This document shows positions 48,050-63,719 of a DNA stretch of 64,000 nt, one piece after another (position 1 is the stretch's first letter; the number at the start of each line of letters is the position of its first letter). Origin of the DNA: Raillietiella orientalis (taxonomy: Eukaryota); contig JAYWIR010000001.1 of assembly GCA_036172245.1 (NCBI GenBank), forward strand, positions 2,976,001 through 3,040,000, written 5' to 3'. Made by a program: the position numbers and the translations under genes. A model generated the notes under the pieces. The model worked only from the letters and a program-made list of their open reading frames with translations, was not told where the DNA came from and made no database searches.

Positions 48050-51000
48050 TACTTGGTAAGGAATGAAACTTTCCCGGATTGGTTGTCATCGAACTCTAAG
48101 AGTCATGCCTTGAAAAGGGGAGATGAAAGGAGAGACTCAGTAGAGTATAAAAAATGCATGGCTCTTGCACAAGCACTGTCTGGAAAATGCATGCCCAGTC
48201 AGGCACCCAACTAGCCCGGTTAAGCAATGAGTTATGGTATTTTTAGGTCTTGGTTCCAGAGGTCATCAGGTGAGACTGTCATGTGTCGATCTCAACATTC
48301 TGTGGGAGTCTTCAGACGAAGAAGGGCAGAGGCCATAAGTTCCAGCAGCCTCACTGTGAACTAACCGAAGATTAGCTCAACAGTTCTGGGCTGATGTCCA
48401 AGCAAGAGGAACGTGTGTTCCTGCAAACAAGAGGATCAGAAAAGTAGCGCTTCCAGTCATTGGGAAATCCATAGAGGAGGTACGTGGTGCCGAAAGATCT
48501 CCAGGTTAAGTTTCCTGAGCAAATAAAGGGACCGTCGTCCTGTAAGATATCTGTCGTTAATGGGGGGGGGGGGGAAACAGGAGCGGTCAGTGTCGGCTTT
48601 TGTAAACTTCTGTTCTTTCTCGATCGCTCCGGATTCCCAGCTGTAAGTCTGTCCTGCCTGTTCGTTCTTTTTTAGCCGTAGTCATGGTGAATGGTACCTG
48701 CTGTTACCCTTGCCTGATTCTTTAGGATCATCAGTTTTCAGCGTGAGGGAAAAAATTTCAAGCCCTCTTGCTAACAGCTGGCGCCCAAGGTGCCTTCTGC
48801 CGTGATGAATTTTTAAAGGCGGAAGTGGTAGCCGTGGCGTCGAATTCCTCGGCTTGTGTTCCTCTTGGGTTCATCCGACCGAACGTCTGTGGGGGAGAGT
48901 CCCTGAAACATCGTTCCGCGCCCGGTTGTTCGTCCTTAGCGAACGTTCACGCTGCTCTTTTCGCGGACGCTGGTAGCGAAGGTTGTTGATGCTGGAGGCA
49001 TAATTTCGTCTTCGCTCCTCACTTGGTCTTTGAAAGGATCGACTGAGGCAGTCCATGGCAAACGGACAGGTTCCGATTCATCTCGATGATCTTCTGCGAC
49101 CTGGGAGTGGTCTCCGTGGACGTTGATTTCCGGAGAGCATTCCGGTTGGCGACGTTTTCGTGTTTGCACGGAGTGTTTACACTGAGTGAACCTGGCCTTA
49201 TTCCGCAGCAAACAACCTCCCCAGTCTCCCGGAGGCGCGCACTGCGGAACGGCTTCCCGATCCGTGTAGTTCGACGCGAAGGTCGTCTGGCGCTGAGTTT
49301 CTTGCCAAAATGAGGATGTTCGCGGTCGGGCATACACGTGAAGATCAGATATCGGACGTCTGTTGCAAACACAGCCACTTTCACGCTGCGCGAGGAGCAG
49401 CTTGCTTTCACCGGGAGCGGAACCTCCCCCCCCCTCCTTCCTTAAAGGGGGGGGGGGGGGAAGAGAAAAAGAATCCTTGGTTTGCTTTCCTTCCTGCTTT
49501 CCTTGACCGCTTCCTTTCCACCCTCCCCACCGTAACCACCTTCGGCGAATCCCGTGGTTACCCGCGCCATGAACTCCATTTCAAGTGCACTGCGCTGCTT
49601 GCGCTCTTCCGGTCATGTAATTCAATCCCTTATTTCGACGAGTTGTCGCTTTACGATTCCTGGCTTCAGCAGGCCATTTGTTTACTTGAATTGCATTTTC
49701 CATTTTGCTTGTTTGCTTTCCTAATTGCCCTTTTCCTTCTAATCTTAACCGATGAAAGGGCTGAGCGCAGGATTGTTTTCTTGGAGCGAGGGATATCGTT
49801 TATTTCGATCTGTTAGCTTCCGTTTAGGAATATTCGAGATCATGGAACGCACGGCGCTAGCTTTCCCTTTTTCTCCCATGCAGGGCTTGCACGCCCACGC
49901 AGATGTGTTTTTGTGTGTGTTGCGAAGGATGTTGTACAACCTCGTGCATCATTTATGCGCGCGATAGGTCCCGCATGCATGCCGTGCGTGCAATGTCATG
50001 TCCGAAAGGTCAACTTGGCAACACACCCGTGTCTGTATCCAGCTACTCGTGTTCACCTTGTCTTGTTGCCAGGACAGGTTCCACAGCAACACTGGGTCTC
50101 GGCGCGCCCTCCCCCCCACGGTGCGAAGCGAACGGTTCCACGGGACACCGGGCGACCTGGCCGCTTCCCTCTGCGAGTGGTCCCGTCCAGGAAAGGGTAT
50201 TCAAAACCTGGAGACGCATCTAAGACTCAAGGTAGAATCTTGCTGGCGAAGAACTTCCATAACCCACAAGCTTCCTGCGCACATAACGCGGGAAGGACTC
50301 CCGCTTGCCTGTTCCGTGCTTTCGGGAGGACTTTTTCGAACCTCTTAGGGGTCTCTGCTCCCTCAAACTAGTCCTTCAGAGGGAAAGAATGCTTCAGGGA
50401 TAGAGATCGCGTGCTGTTGTGGATCACAACAGGTTGAGGAAGTGCCGGCCGAGAATTTCGGATCTCGTTGGACATTTTCCTGTCGGCACACCCAGCAGAC
50501 GCGAGAAGCACCACCCATTCGTTGTACGCTCCTGCACAGAGCAGCAGATGGGAGCGATTCCGCCTCCTTCGAACGCTAGAAAAATGGTCCATACTCCGCG
50601 GAGGAATCTTCCACTCCGTGCACATGTTTGCGTTCATCCCGTGTGGTTACAGCCAGTCGGAAGCTGGCTTTTAGCACGGGGTCGCAGTGAAAGACGCCCC
50701 TCCTTGAGGAACTTTTTATCTCAACCACCAGCTTCGTGTGTTCGCGCATCGCTGCGCTGCGTGCAAGATGCGGCTGCTGCATGCTGGGTTGCATCGGATT
50801 GCTGGTTGACGTTTGCTGCTGCCGCCACGTCGAATGGAGATTTCCCGATTTCACGAGGTTCTTCTTCTGCGATCGATTCGGAAACGGGAGAGGGAAAACG
50901 GATGCTCGTGTAGATGCGTTTCTCACTTCATCTGGACGGGATGCAGTTTGTGTCACCATGGCAACGTCGCGAGAGCAGTGCTCCAAAGCGTGGCTTATTC

Positions 51001-54000
51001 GGCGGCGGCTTCCGCAAAGACGTGAGGAGTTCACCGAACAGACTGGCGATACCAGGAACGCAATCAGCTCCATAGAATGAAAGATTTCTTTTAGTTGCGA
51101 GTTGCGCTATCATCTGCAGCGACGGGCGCAGTGACTGACAGAAAGTGGGGCCAAGGACAAAGAAAACAGATTTTTCAAAGCATCTCGGCGTTCACGTCGT
51201 TGCTTTCCTAGCAAACGTGTCCTGTAATAAGAGTCTTTTTCTCTGCAGAATTCCTGGGAACAGTGATATTACGTTATATTAACGACGACGCCCACCTTCT
51301 ATCCCATACATCTCTGGTTCGTAGTTTGTAGCTTTCGGGATTGGCTTTTGATCCTCAGAAATGCAGGCAGTGGCGGAAAGCCTCGGTTCCTCCTATTTCC
51401 CCATCCCAGTGCATTTTGGCCTCTCTTTCGTCCTGTTTACTGTCAAGAGTACGATGCGCAGCTCGTGGTCCCGGAAGATCAGTCAACGAACAGGGACAAT
51501 CGACTGGAAACGGTAAATTTCGACTTTAATGCTCCACATCGCAAATTCAGGAGAAAAAAAAAAAAAAAAAAACGTACTAAATTTGTCGTGCGCCTCACTG
51601 GAAAAATTTCTGAAAGCCTCTTGGCGTTTCTTGAGGATTCTCTTCGGATGCCACCTCACGTACACACAAAATGCAGGTGTTCGCACATACAAAAGTACAT
51701 GCAATGTGTATGTGGCAATCCTGCCACACACTGTGTTTCCAATCGAGGATTTCGGTTGCTGGTTCTCAGAGTGATCTCGTTTGCAGCAGTTTGCTACCAG
51801 CGTTTCAAGACTTTAATTGCCATTCATCATCCATAATGCATCCTCAACGACCGTTCCATTGGATTTCTGATGTCTCCATTCGGAATGGAAATTCGCTCGC
51901 TTTCTGTTCGCGTTTGCTTCCCTGTGCTCCCAATAGCAAACTCACCTTTCGACAGAGAATGCATCTTTCAACAGGGAATCCTTACCTTGTTGCAATCCCT
52001 AAAAACATGGCAGATACCAACTGGACTAAAGTGGACACTTGCAATTTGTGATTCTCTGAAAATTCTTATATGCAAATGCTTTATAGTAATGGAAGGGGGA
52101 GGGGATAACTCTCATTAGAGGGTATTTACAAATACTTCTTTCTCTAATTATCACTACCCTGCTTTTATGGTTATTGTTCCTCTTGACAAAAACAGCCGCT
52201 TAATAGTCTGCAGATATACATCGAACAGTTTCATGATGCTACTTGGGGCGCTGCGAAGATGGCAATTTCAGTTGGGCGCAGATTTTCGTGCCGATAAATT
52301 TATCCAATGAAGAATAGGAAGATATTTTGTATTCGAGAATGAAGACTTGCAACAGATGCAATGATTAGGAATTCATCTCTAGTTAATCTTGCATTCACCT
52401 AAAATGACTCTAAGATGTCAAATGTTTACCAGCCGTGCAGAGAGCTCTTTGCAAACACAGGTCGTTGCCCTATTTAGTGTACGAAGACGCCAGGAAGTAA
52501 GGATCGGATTGCGTTTTACGCTGGCATGCAACATGCCCAAGTGCACGTGTGTGTACGCAGAGTGTTCTCCCAAAAGCGTGTTCCCACGTGTTCCCTATCG
52601 TGATGAGGCGAAGGCCCACTTGACGCCGCGGTGCTTGGGGACGGAGTTCGCTGCAAATGACACCGGAAGCATTTTTCGAGAAGGTGCCTCGTACGCAGCA
52701 TCTTTCGGAGCATACTTTACGGAGGCATCGGGGCTTTCCGCAGTCTCGTAACTTCATCTGGCTATCACTTACGAAAATGCGGTCCTGATGTGCAAAGCAT
52801 CGCAATTATCGTGAGATTATCGCCTCTGGAGTTGTGGAATCCATCTGAGGTTCCTTGTGCCTTTTCTCTGAGAACGTTCATCATGACCCTCTAATCCAGC
52901 AGTGAGCGTTCTTTGGAAATCTCCCTCGAGATTAAGTTCTTCACTTGCCAGTAAGCATCCGATGTCGTGATGCTTCGTGAGTTAAGAAGACGAACAAAAT
53001 CAAAGATGCTGCATTTGTGGATGCTTAATAATTAAGTCGGATAGTAATAGTATTCCTGATTAATGAATACCTGCATCAGGCATTCTGTTTCGCCCGTTTG
53101 GGAGCCGATTCGAAAGCCTGGAGATTGTAAGAGCTGGTTAATCATTCGAGTTAAAGAGGTATCAGCCCTTCGGAAGAGGAACGACAGTGATGGAACATCA
53201 CTTATGGTTTCTTGATACTCGTTAGAGTATGAAGGAAAGACGAGGTCATTTATAGATAGTTAGCAGCTTTCCTTGCTGAAGCATGCTATGATCACACTTG
53301 CTGTGATCTGTTCGAAACACTTTGGCTTCTGCTGGATGTTTCACTTGGCCAATGGATTCAATTTTTTTCTCGTAGGCATCGCTGTTGCTGAGCATCCAAA
53401 TGGCCATGAGTGTGAGAGTGTTAGCCTGTAGCGAACGGAGCACATCCCTGCAGCTCGCGTTTGTGAAATCCGCGGGACCATTGACCCAACATCATCCCCA
53501 CATAACACTCAGGGGACGGTGAGACTCTTAGATGCAGCATCTTTCAGTACGGGATTTTTTTTTTTTTTTTCAACGAAACACACACACAAAAAATCGCATT
53601 CTATTTTCCTTGTTTCAATGAAAGGCTCATTTCGAGAACGATAGAATCAGTTGCTCTCAGTTTCTGAGAGACTTTTGCTTGTGTGATATGCAAGCGAGAG
53701 AGTTTGGGTCAAATGAAACTTTCCCGCCTCACTAACGTTCACTTCAGTTTCTCCCATAGGGCGTTCGTGTGCCGTCCAGGTGGGAAGTTTCTAAACGTGC
53801 AGCCTTGGTGCCCAGGATGCCAACAGTTCCCTGGGTCACCATGAGGGTGCAATCTGTCCCCTGACTCGGTTACAACCCGTCTAAAATTAATCCTTTAATC
53901 CCACGTCTCGTAGATACGTTCCCGACTGAGCTCTCACCATACGTTCCCGTCATTTCATCTTCTGACAATATCAATTTCCACAAAGACATATGGAATTTGG

Positions 54001-57000
54001 TACTGCATTTGTGGCTTTGGTTCTGGAATTTTAATATATTAATTTATTATTATTATTTCATAAGTAGTAAAGTGACGCTATATTGTATGACTTCCTTTCT
54101 TTTATTTGCTTTCTCTGTTTCTTGAAAGAGAACCCTTTCAAAGAACAAAATCTTCATCTTTATCGATCGTTTATCTCGAAAAGGTTTCTAGGTGCACTTC
54201 TGAAATTTACTTCTCGTACTAATAGCTGCTTTATGGCTCGCATCTGCTGTTATTTCTCCTTTCTTTCTGTGCTTTCAAATATCAAATATTGGTTCCCTGG
54301 TGATTTCTTGCTTCCGCTGTCTTCCGTTTTCGTTCTCGAATGAATGCCTGCCTCGTCCTTGAGGAAAAAAAAGGACTTCTGAACCAACGCGCTTCGCACT
54401 GGTCCAGGAGCGGGGAATCCGAAGTTTGGACCATGCAGTAGTGATATCAGTGAAACTGCGGTCCAAACTCCTGTCTTCCTCAATAATTTCTTTGGGAACT
54501 GCAGAACAAATAAGCCCGCAGCGTCGCGATAACAAATTCAGAGGGATGATGCGAATACAGAGTGTGGTTTCTCTACGGACAGCTGTGTTTTTGGCAACTC
54601 CATGAATCGTACTTGACGATCTTTGTTATTACTGGAAGGAGAGTCGCAAACAGCGACGCAAGGCCAACTGAAGACTTCCCTCAGGACTTTAATGTTCACC
54701 TTATTGTAGTTGAAGTACTCCGCCAATTTCAGCGTTTCCATCCAATCCATCATTCCTGTTCATATGCCATTCTGACTGTCTCTGTGTCAACGATGGCGAT
54801 CAGGGTCAGAACAAACAGCTTTTTTCCCTCCTTTATTGGATCGAGGGCACGCTCTGCTGTAGCACGATGGCCATCGTCACATGGTGCATGCGGAAACAGC
54901 TACAGAATAGTTGGGAGATTAAAGGGTGTGCACGTGAGAAAAGCAATATGACTCAGAAATTCGTAATCAGGAAACATAATCATCCCTAGTGACAACAAAC
55001 CGATGGCTGCCACTTTCATTTCTGCTTGCCCCTGCCCACTGCTCCTGCCTACGGGATTCTGAGATTTCGGCCGTCCAGCAAATTGGTGCAGAAGGCCTTC
55101 TCCGCTTCTTCGGTAATGAGTTTCGACTCACAGACTCCTTAGACCTCCACCGAGCAGGGGGCACCGGAGATTGGTGGGGGGGAGGTCGCTTTTGAAGAAG
55201 GCAGCAGATACGGGATGAGATACCGCCGCAGATTTCGAATTTTTGCGAAGGAGCACCGTCTCCTGCATACCGGACGGCAGGCATCGAAGTAGACACCATC
55301 GGGAAACGGAAGCTGTCGGCTTTCACCCGATGGATGGTTCCAGGAGTTGAGTGGCCGTTGAGACCTGACCTGGTCTCTCATAAAGGAAGTCGAGCGATTC
55401 TCCTGGGCATCTGTTGCCTGTTCGAAAACACGGGGGCAGCGTTCGAGAAAGCCAATGAAGAGGAGGCGAAACATCAAGATCCAGCACGTCGGCTATCGAC
55501 AACCGGGAATTCAGGCTCCGATTAAAGCGTGAGCCGTTGGGGTCCAGGATTCTGGGATGCGGTGCAACGAGGAAATGAGGTTTCATCCAGTACGTACCAG
55601 AGCTGGACTCATAGATTTGGTCACGCTCCAGACGAAAGGCCAGGTCTCCCTTCGGAACACGAGCTGCTGAGGATCCATCGGGGGATGAGTTGGCGTTCCA
55701 GCACTGTCTTCGATGTCTATCACTTGTCCCTTCATGGAGGTCGCCGTCTGGGATGGAGAGGATCCCGAAAATCGGACAGAAGAGAATGTTTTACTGTTTA
55801 CAAACTTTTCCTTTACACGAGTCTGCAATTGTCGACATGGTGACCCGACTGTCCGTTTGGAAAGAATGGCAGTTTTCCGACCGGGTACACCTGCGCCCTT
55901 GTTTTCGGGGGAAGCGCCACGTTTCCTCCCATTCTGGTAGATCCTAATGATGAACGGCGGTTCGCTCCAGGGGCTGCAATGTCGAAATTTAAACTTTCTC
56001 CCAAACCGCAATTTCCAAATGAGGAACCCGTTCCCTGAGATGACTTTCGCTATCGAGGGATGCTGCCCGACAATTTTTCCTTCCCTTGAACATCCAGGAG
56101 AGAGGTCTTCTTTTCTCCCCTTCCGATTGGGGACTGTTCGCAACCTGTTTGACGCACGACGTTCTCGACGAGCGGAAGACTTCGCTAGAAGAAGAGCTAC
56201 ATTCGTCAGTGGCTGCGCTGGTTCTTACCGCCTAAAGATGAAGGCGTCCTCCACCAAGCGGGCTACCTGGGAAACCGAGTGGGGCATTCACTTCGGATGG
56301 ACGCCCCTCAGGTCGTACCTTCTTCATTAATTTTCCTCTTTCCTCGGAGGCAATCATCCTTGAGCTTGCGATTATGGTTACGAAGCCATGAAAGCAGATG
56401 AGCATTCAGCAGATAATAACGAGTCATAGTCGGGCTGGAAGCTGTCCCCTGCTGGAGCGCTGGCGCTGCATCCGCGAAACGGGAGTGGCAGCGGTGGAAA
56501 ATTGGAAAAATCGGGTGAAAACGGGTGGTCCTTTTCCATTTTTCCACCGCGCGCAATTTTCCCGAGATCAGATAGGAGACAGACGGCCGTAAAACCTTCT
56601 TACAGATCTAAGAAGTTTCGAAATTTCCGTTGAGTGCCGGAGAGTTCTGAATTGGAAACGCCAGGCGACAGTTTTTCCTGTGGGTTGTTGTGGCGAACTC
56701 TTTCATGTGGTTGCTGTTTCCCTAATGCACGCTCTGGAGCGTGTCTGGACGAACAAAAGCCGAAGGTTCTCTCACATTGGACGGCGGTCATCATGCGATG
56801 ATGGACTGGGACGTTTTTGAATGTGGTAGTTGAACAAGATTGTTTCTAATGCCTGTGATTGGGGTTTGCGATGCAAGAAATTCGATTGACTCTTTTTTTT
56901 GGTTTACTTCCCGGATTCTGTTGATTCGACGTATGCACGAAGATGTACATCCTTTGGTGAATAATAAGTGAAGGATCCCAGGCTGCTCCCGAAATGTAAT

Positions 57001-60000
57001 TTGACCGAGGTGTGGGAATGCAAATTGCGGTCGGGTATCAAGGATGCAGCGTTGGCATCACGCATCATCATTTCAGATTAATCTGAAACGCAGGCCTCGG
57101 ACCCCAGAAATTCAATGTGCTTGTTAAGGGCATTCGTATTGAAACGGTGCAAAGATGGGGGAGGGGGAACATGTGGGAACTGGATATGGGAATGAGCGTG
57201 CTCTAGATGGTGGGATCGAAGGATTGGTTCCAGACGGATTCGGGAAGGCGAAGGCTAGTTCGAACCACAAGTAGATGCTAAATTTCCGAATCTTGACCAG
57301 CTGCTATCGTGTTACGGTAGCCAAGCAGTGTGCAATCTGTGATTAGACTCAGGATTGAGGATGCAATTAGTAGCATCGAAGATAAATGAAAGATCAAACA
57401 TGGAAAAAAAGAGGGGGGGGAGGGAAACAAATGCTTGGAATAATGGGAACGATGGACCTATCGACCACACGGTAGATGTTAAAAGTTCTGAGAGAGGATG
57501 GTAATCATTCCGAAGGATTCGATTGAGTGCTGATAGAGTTTGAAATTCCGGGCTGGAGCGAATTTGAATGGGTGGGCTCGGTTTCGCTTCGGATGAGTTC
57601 CACACTTTTGCACGAGACCCACGTTACTCCAAGGCAAGAGGAAGCGGAGTAGATCCGCACTAAATTAGAAGGCTAGCTCGGAAGATCTTGAAAAGTCTGC
57701 CGGATTCCAGGGATGTGTGCATTCCATCGAATGTAACATCCTCGCGTTCCCGCGGACCCGTTTCGTTTTCGCGAAGAGAAGCTGACAACCGAGTGGCGCG
57801 GTCCATTTCGCAAGCCTACAAAAGTGGGTACTTGTTTGAAAAAGGCTAAAGGGTTTCGAGAGAACTCATCCATCTTGAATTCCGAAGGAGATGAATTCCG
57901 TCTGGAGCTACCGGTTTTGTCCGAACGGAGTTGCTCGAACCTACTCTGGTTCTTCGTTTCCCACAGCTTCTGCCCGTTCCGCGAGGCTTTTTTGCGTGCG
58001 CATCTCTGGGAAAGGAGAGACAACGAGACGGCGGACTTTCCTCTGCTGCTCCGGAGAAGATTTGCCTTTCTTCTCTTTTAGCACGTTTTCCGTGCAGAAG
58101 GGAAATCATTGGGTGGGTGTGCACGAATTCGTTCTTCGCTTTTTACAGTGATCTGTATCTTGTTGCTTTTCTTCCGGATCACTCTTGCTCGTCATTCCAT
58201 ACCCAGAACAGAAATACCGTTCATGGCTCTTCGGTTCCACCCAGAGTGCACGGGGAAGGATGATCAGAGCTACGGAGAAACGCAGTGCCACTGATGAGGT
58301 GCTTCCCTTGGTTGCACCTTCCGCCCGCAAAATCCAGTTCCACGGCCTTTCCGTTGTCTCGCGTCGCTTCGTAGCCACGTTCCTGGTCTTCCCTGTTCGT
58401 TCCCCTTCCTCTTCCGTCCGCGGGGTGGGCAGCGCACGCTTCTCGCCCGTGTGTCTTTTCCGCGGAGGAGATGAGCTTTTTCTTCCGTGCTGAAAATAAG
58501 TCACGATGTTATCAGAGGCATGCTCCAGAGAACTGGAAAGGTTGTTTTTGTAAACTTTGATCATTGCGAATTTCAATGCCAAATGAGTTGCTCCATGTGC
58601 GTCCGCTTCATGGACAGCACGCACCTTATTTGCCCTCCATGATTCGAGAAAGTTGGAAAGCTCTGGGGCGCTGTCATGTTTGCACATTCCTTTCTGCGTC
58701 GGCAAATAACTGAAGAGTGCCCATTTATTTTCATCAGAGCAGGACCGGTAGAGAACGGCGCTGTGTTGGTCAAATCAGTCCGTACAACAAAGGACCTTTG
58801 TCCTCTTCTGATCACGATCAAAAGTCCACGTTTCTCATTCTCTGGAGGAACATTTGTTCTGCTGTGTGCTCCGAAAGATACGATCTTTCTCACCACGGCG
58901 TTTGGAAGCTGTTTCCTTTCATGCTATCTTTCATCTGGACTCGCGCTCCTCTAATTAACCAATCACTGAACAGTTGGCCGTTTCTGAAATCGGCTCCAGA
59001 ATGGTGCTGGCACTGAAATTATAAAGAACGCAATAGTGTTACCTAGGAATATATCATCACTTGGTCGATGGAGCCTTTCGCTGGCATTTCGTCTTCTGCT
59101 ATCCATGGATTGATGCCAAAGTTTCCTCTGTGATTTCGCTATTCTTCATTAAGGTCCTTTTCACGTTGCATCAAGAGATGCTGAAGTCAATTCTGCTCGA
59201 AACTCAGAAAATGAACTTCGATGGCCGCGGAGCAGCGGAGACCATCGTGCCCATGTTATCTAGGACCAGCCAAGCTTCCTTTTCGCCCGCGTGAGTTGCA
59301 AGAACTGAGTCTCGCGATGCCTGCAAGATTCTTATACTTGGGGACGCTGGTGGAACAGCAGCTGTGTGGCAACAACACTGCGTGCAAGCGGTGCTAAAAC
59401 CTCAGGTAAGGACATAAAACTGTCGCCTTTGCTCTTTTGCATAAGGAGAGATGATGGATGCTCGCAATTATTCTGCAATTTCAATGCAGCTGCTTTTGTT
59501 TAGCAAGGGGGATTTTCTAAGGTTACTCTTTCTGGAAAACGGAGCTTTCAGTTGCATCAAATGCTATGAAATCCCATATGGAATGAGCTCTTTTCTCATG
59601 ATTCACGTAGTTCTGGGAGGCTGCCTTCCGATTTTTTTGCAGCCAATTCAATAAACAGATTAGGACAAAAGTTGAGCTGAAGAAGGGGAGCTCTGCGTTC
59701 GGGAGGGTGAAGTGGTCCGAACATGAAAAGTGAACGGTGCTGCAAGGCTAATTTCCAAGAAATTTACAAAATGGCGGCGCTTGGATCATGTGGACCCAAG
59801 ATTCTGCTTTTTTCCCTTCCATTTTTTCCTTCTGGAATGTATCACGCTTGTCGTGAAGTATGCAAGTTTGTCAAGTTCCCTGAGAGTTGTGGGCAGTTGA
59901 CGCCCGCCATTTCCTCTCTTTCTTCGGCAACGCTGCCCTGTAATGAAAAGGCTCTTTCTATTTCGGCTTGTTCCGGCTGGACGTCACGGTCCAGGAACGT

Positions 60001-63000
60001 GGAGTGTTTACGGAAAGGTGAAATAACAAATTTGCTTCTGGTGGGGATTTTTTGGAGTGTCTTCAGCGTTCAGGCCTTCGTGGAAACGTCGCTGTCGCCC
60101 CGAGTCTTAATTCGTGCGCGCCCCAGCACTGGCTGGTAGTAGGTGGAGCTCCACCTTGACTCTTGCTCCTTTGCAGCGATGCTGGAGAGAGATGGCGGTC
60201 CCGATCGGAATTCTGCGAAATTTATCTGAACGAGGTCCCCAGGTGATTCCTCGTTGAATGACCGTTTCCCGATCCCTGATACCCGTGAACCTCAAGCACG
60301 TTAAGCTTCGGTATGGTTCGAATTATCAGCAGACATTTTTATTCGCCGACCTTGGCTGCCACACGTTCTCGAAGGTTCGGTGCTGTATTGCGAATTTCGC
60401 GAAGCGAAAGTTTCCACACGAAGCTCGCAGATCGGCTGGAATCGAAGACACTGATTTCCGTATTCGTGTACGGTCCGTGATTTTCCAGGGGTGTTGCTTT
60501 CCCTGGTGTCCGTTTCCTATGAAGGCGCTTGCTTTTCGAGGAAGTGCACCGTCGGCCAGGCTCCGCAGAACATCGGGTGGAAAAGAGCGTGCTCGTTACC
60601 TGATCGGCCGCAGAACTTTCCCTTTTAAGGTCAAGTTCGAGAGAACATCATTTCAAGATGGATTGAATTCCCGGGATGGTTTGAATTCCTTTCGAGTGCA
60701 CGACAAATCTGAACACCTTGTTTCACCTTCACAATTAGAACACGCGTATTTTCTCGTAACCTGGCTGGTCTTCTTCATTCAAATGTAACACCGCTCGCCT
60801 CGGGCATGCTGCAAATACCTCTGAGAGGTGAGTCATCTGCAGTGAACGGATGAGGAGAGAACATAAAATGAAGTAAGGACGTTGGATTTACGGAAATCCG
60901 AGTTGACAGAATTGACCGAAACCTAGCATCCCAAATAATGAGGAAATTATTGACGCAGCCAATTAAAAATGCTATATTTGGAGACAAACAAAAGTCAGAT
61001 TATGGAATATAAATCAAATACGAAAGCAGAAAGGAATAACGAGGCAGTCTTTTCCTTTTTTTTTTTTTTTTCTAGGAAAAAAAGGCATGTGCTCTTTCTG
61101 ATTCCTAAAAACGCTCCAGTTATCTCATGCTGTTCCGTGCACAACAACTCTTCATCTCTCCTCGACAGGATTTACCAACAGCATCCGAGTGTCGATTCGG
61201 GCTGCAAGGCTCCCGCAGTCTTTTTCTGACGCAACCAAAGCACGGAACACACCAAACCAGTTTTGCCAGAACCACACCAATTCGTGGGAGACCACAGATC
61301 CCCATCAGCTAGCTTCCGCACAGAAAGATCTGGAATCTGTAGTTGGGGGGGGGGGGGATTTCGCATGGGTTTCTCTTTTTATCAGACAAATCAAGTGTTT
61401 CTTTCTTTCTTTTTTTTTTTTCCCTTTCGCCTTCCGCCACGCCAGTGGTCGCTTCGGAACACGCAGACGCGGGAAAAGCACGCTTCCGGCTTTCGACACA
61501 TGATGTGGAAATGTCCTTCTTCCCTCGAACTCCCGTTCTATGAGATCCACTGAATCTGCATTCTCGACATACAACTGCGGAACGCCTCCATTGTGCTGTC
61601 TCTCACTTTTTGCCAGCATTGAATCTTCGAACTGTTTCATGATACAGTTTTCCGCCTGATGGTGCGCCCACTCGGTGCCAAATGCTTTCCCGAAAATTCT
61701 CTTTGAGCAATAGGGGACAAGGAGAACTTAATTTGAAATGGGAGTCGAGCGACGTCGCGTTTCCTACATCGTTCTCCGTTTCTTTCCTCCATCCATCCGG
61801 ATAACCTGGCTCCATCGAACATCAATTTGACTTGGAGAGTCGGCAGCCTTTTCCATGAATTTCCATCTGAAGAAACCCACGATCTCGAGTTCGACTGTTC
61901 GTTCAAGGAAAGGAAATAAAGTGCCTCAAAAGGAGGCGGCAGTTCCGGAATGCAATCGGCCGTAGAATTTCCAGGAAACTTTTTTGCACAGCGTTGGTCC
62001 AACGCTTCTTGCAGAGAAAAAGGGGGGACAGAGCTCATGTTACAAGAGAACGGATCCTCCTCGGAAGTTGACGAACACGTTGTGTCGAGAATACACAACT
62101 TTCACATGCACTCGATTCGCCGAAACACTCACTCCCTCGGTGATCAGCTTTCAGTGCATTTTATCTTTTTCTTGGCGCAGAGTTTGGGGTTCCGACCATA
62201 CAACTGGGAAAGGAGGAACATCCTAAACACCTGCAAGTGGCGGGGGTCATGTGGTGGTCAAGAATAGTCAAGAATCAATGTTTCAGGTAAACATCAGCAG
62301 CTACATTTTCGCCTTCACGAATCTCCATGAATTGTGTCGTCATAATCAGCAAATAAATGACAGTCTCAGTGTGCATGGCGTGTTTACCATTCTAATAAAG
62401 GGAACCCATTAGGGGAAGAATAAATCAGGAAGTGCGTTACGCTGCTCTGTCGTCTGTGTCGGAGGACTTGGTGAGGACGGGAGGCTTGCATTTGGATCCG
62501 GGTGCGACGTTTCGTAGGCGTTTTCGAACACATTCCAGAACACTCCAGAGTGCTCGAGATGAGTCTGTACGAACGACCAGGTATGAGCGAACGCGATCTC
62601 TTCGCCCTGGCCTGCATCACCTTTGATGCAGAGGATGTCTTTTCTCCAGCACACCTCCCGCCTGGGAAACACTGCGAGGAAAGCTATTGAGAACCGATCG
62701 CGGCTGCAGCCATCATTCGAGACAGTGGTCCAGCGGCCTCAAAGTTTGCGGTCGCAGGTGATCGGTGGGTGTTTCTCTGGAAGGTCTGCTGCTGCAGGTG
62801 GTTTCACAGGAATCGTTTTGTTTCACCGGGCACGCGAAAATGCTTCCCGCGCTCAGTTCGGAGTCGTTCATCGTGGAAGAGGAGGCTGCAACCCTTGTTT
62901 TTCTACTCCAGTTGGAACATCTTCCTTTCGGAACAGATCCGACAATCAGTTTTGCCGCAGTGGTTTTCCTTTTACAACTCTTCTTCGTGCACACCCCCCA

Positions 63001-63719
63001 CGCCCGTGCTTTCATAATTCTTTTGCCCCATTACGTGACAGAACTCGGTTGCGCACGACCTTAAGTAAAAAGCAGAGTCGCCGTTGCCAAAGGAACAACA
63101 TCCCTCGTCAAAGGGTGGCCATTTTCAACGGAGTTGATTTTGCATTCACTTGGCGATCCACACAATGCAGGCTCACGGAATGGGCAACACCATTGCTGAT
63201 GCTTCCGGTGGACACGTGTTCAAGGAACGGCCGAAAACACGATTCCCGTTTTCGTCTCAGTTCGCTGCAAAGGCCTGCAGAGAAGAAAACAGAAATTCTC
63301 TCCACAGCTGCAGAATAAGCAGAGCAAAACCTGTTGCTGCCAGCAGATCAGCCTGAAAGTGTTCAGACGGGGAGGTAGGATTTTTTTTCTGAAACTGTCC
63401 CGTTGGTTCGCTGTTAGCTTCTGATTTTTTTTTTTCCCCCGCTACTTGAGTGACCCCTTGAGCGTGCTTGGTCAAACAAAGGTGCTAAGAGGTTGCAATC
63501 CTTGAGGCGCACCGAATCCGTGTGTCCAGAAAGGGGGAAAAGCGTACGCGCTTTCACTTTCCTCATAGCAGCAAAAAATAAAATCCTGCGGTTTCACTCT
63601 CGCATCCGCAGTTTAGCTTTCCTCCTGTTAGCATCCGAAATCTCAGATCCATCCCTGATCACTCCAATGATCCCAGCTTTAGTGGAAGCAGTCCGCCTCT
63701 CTGCCTGTCTATGAAGCTC

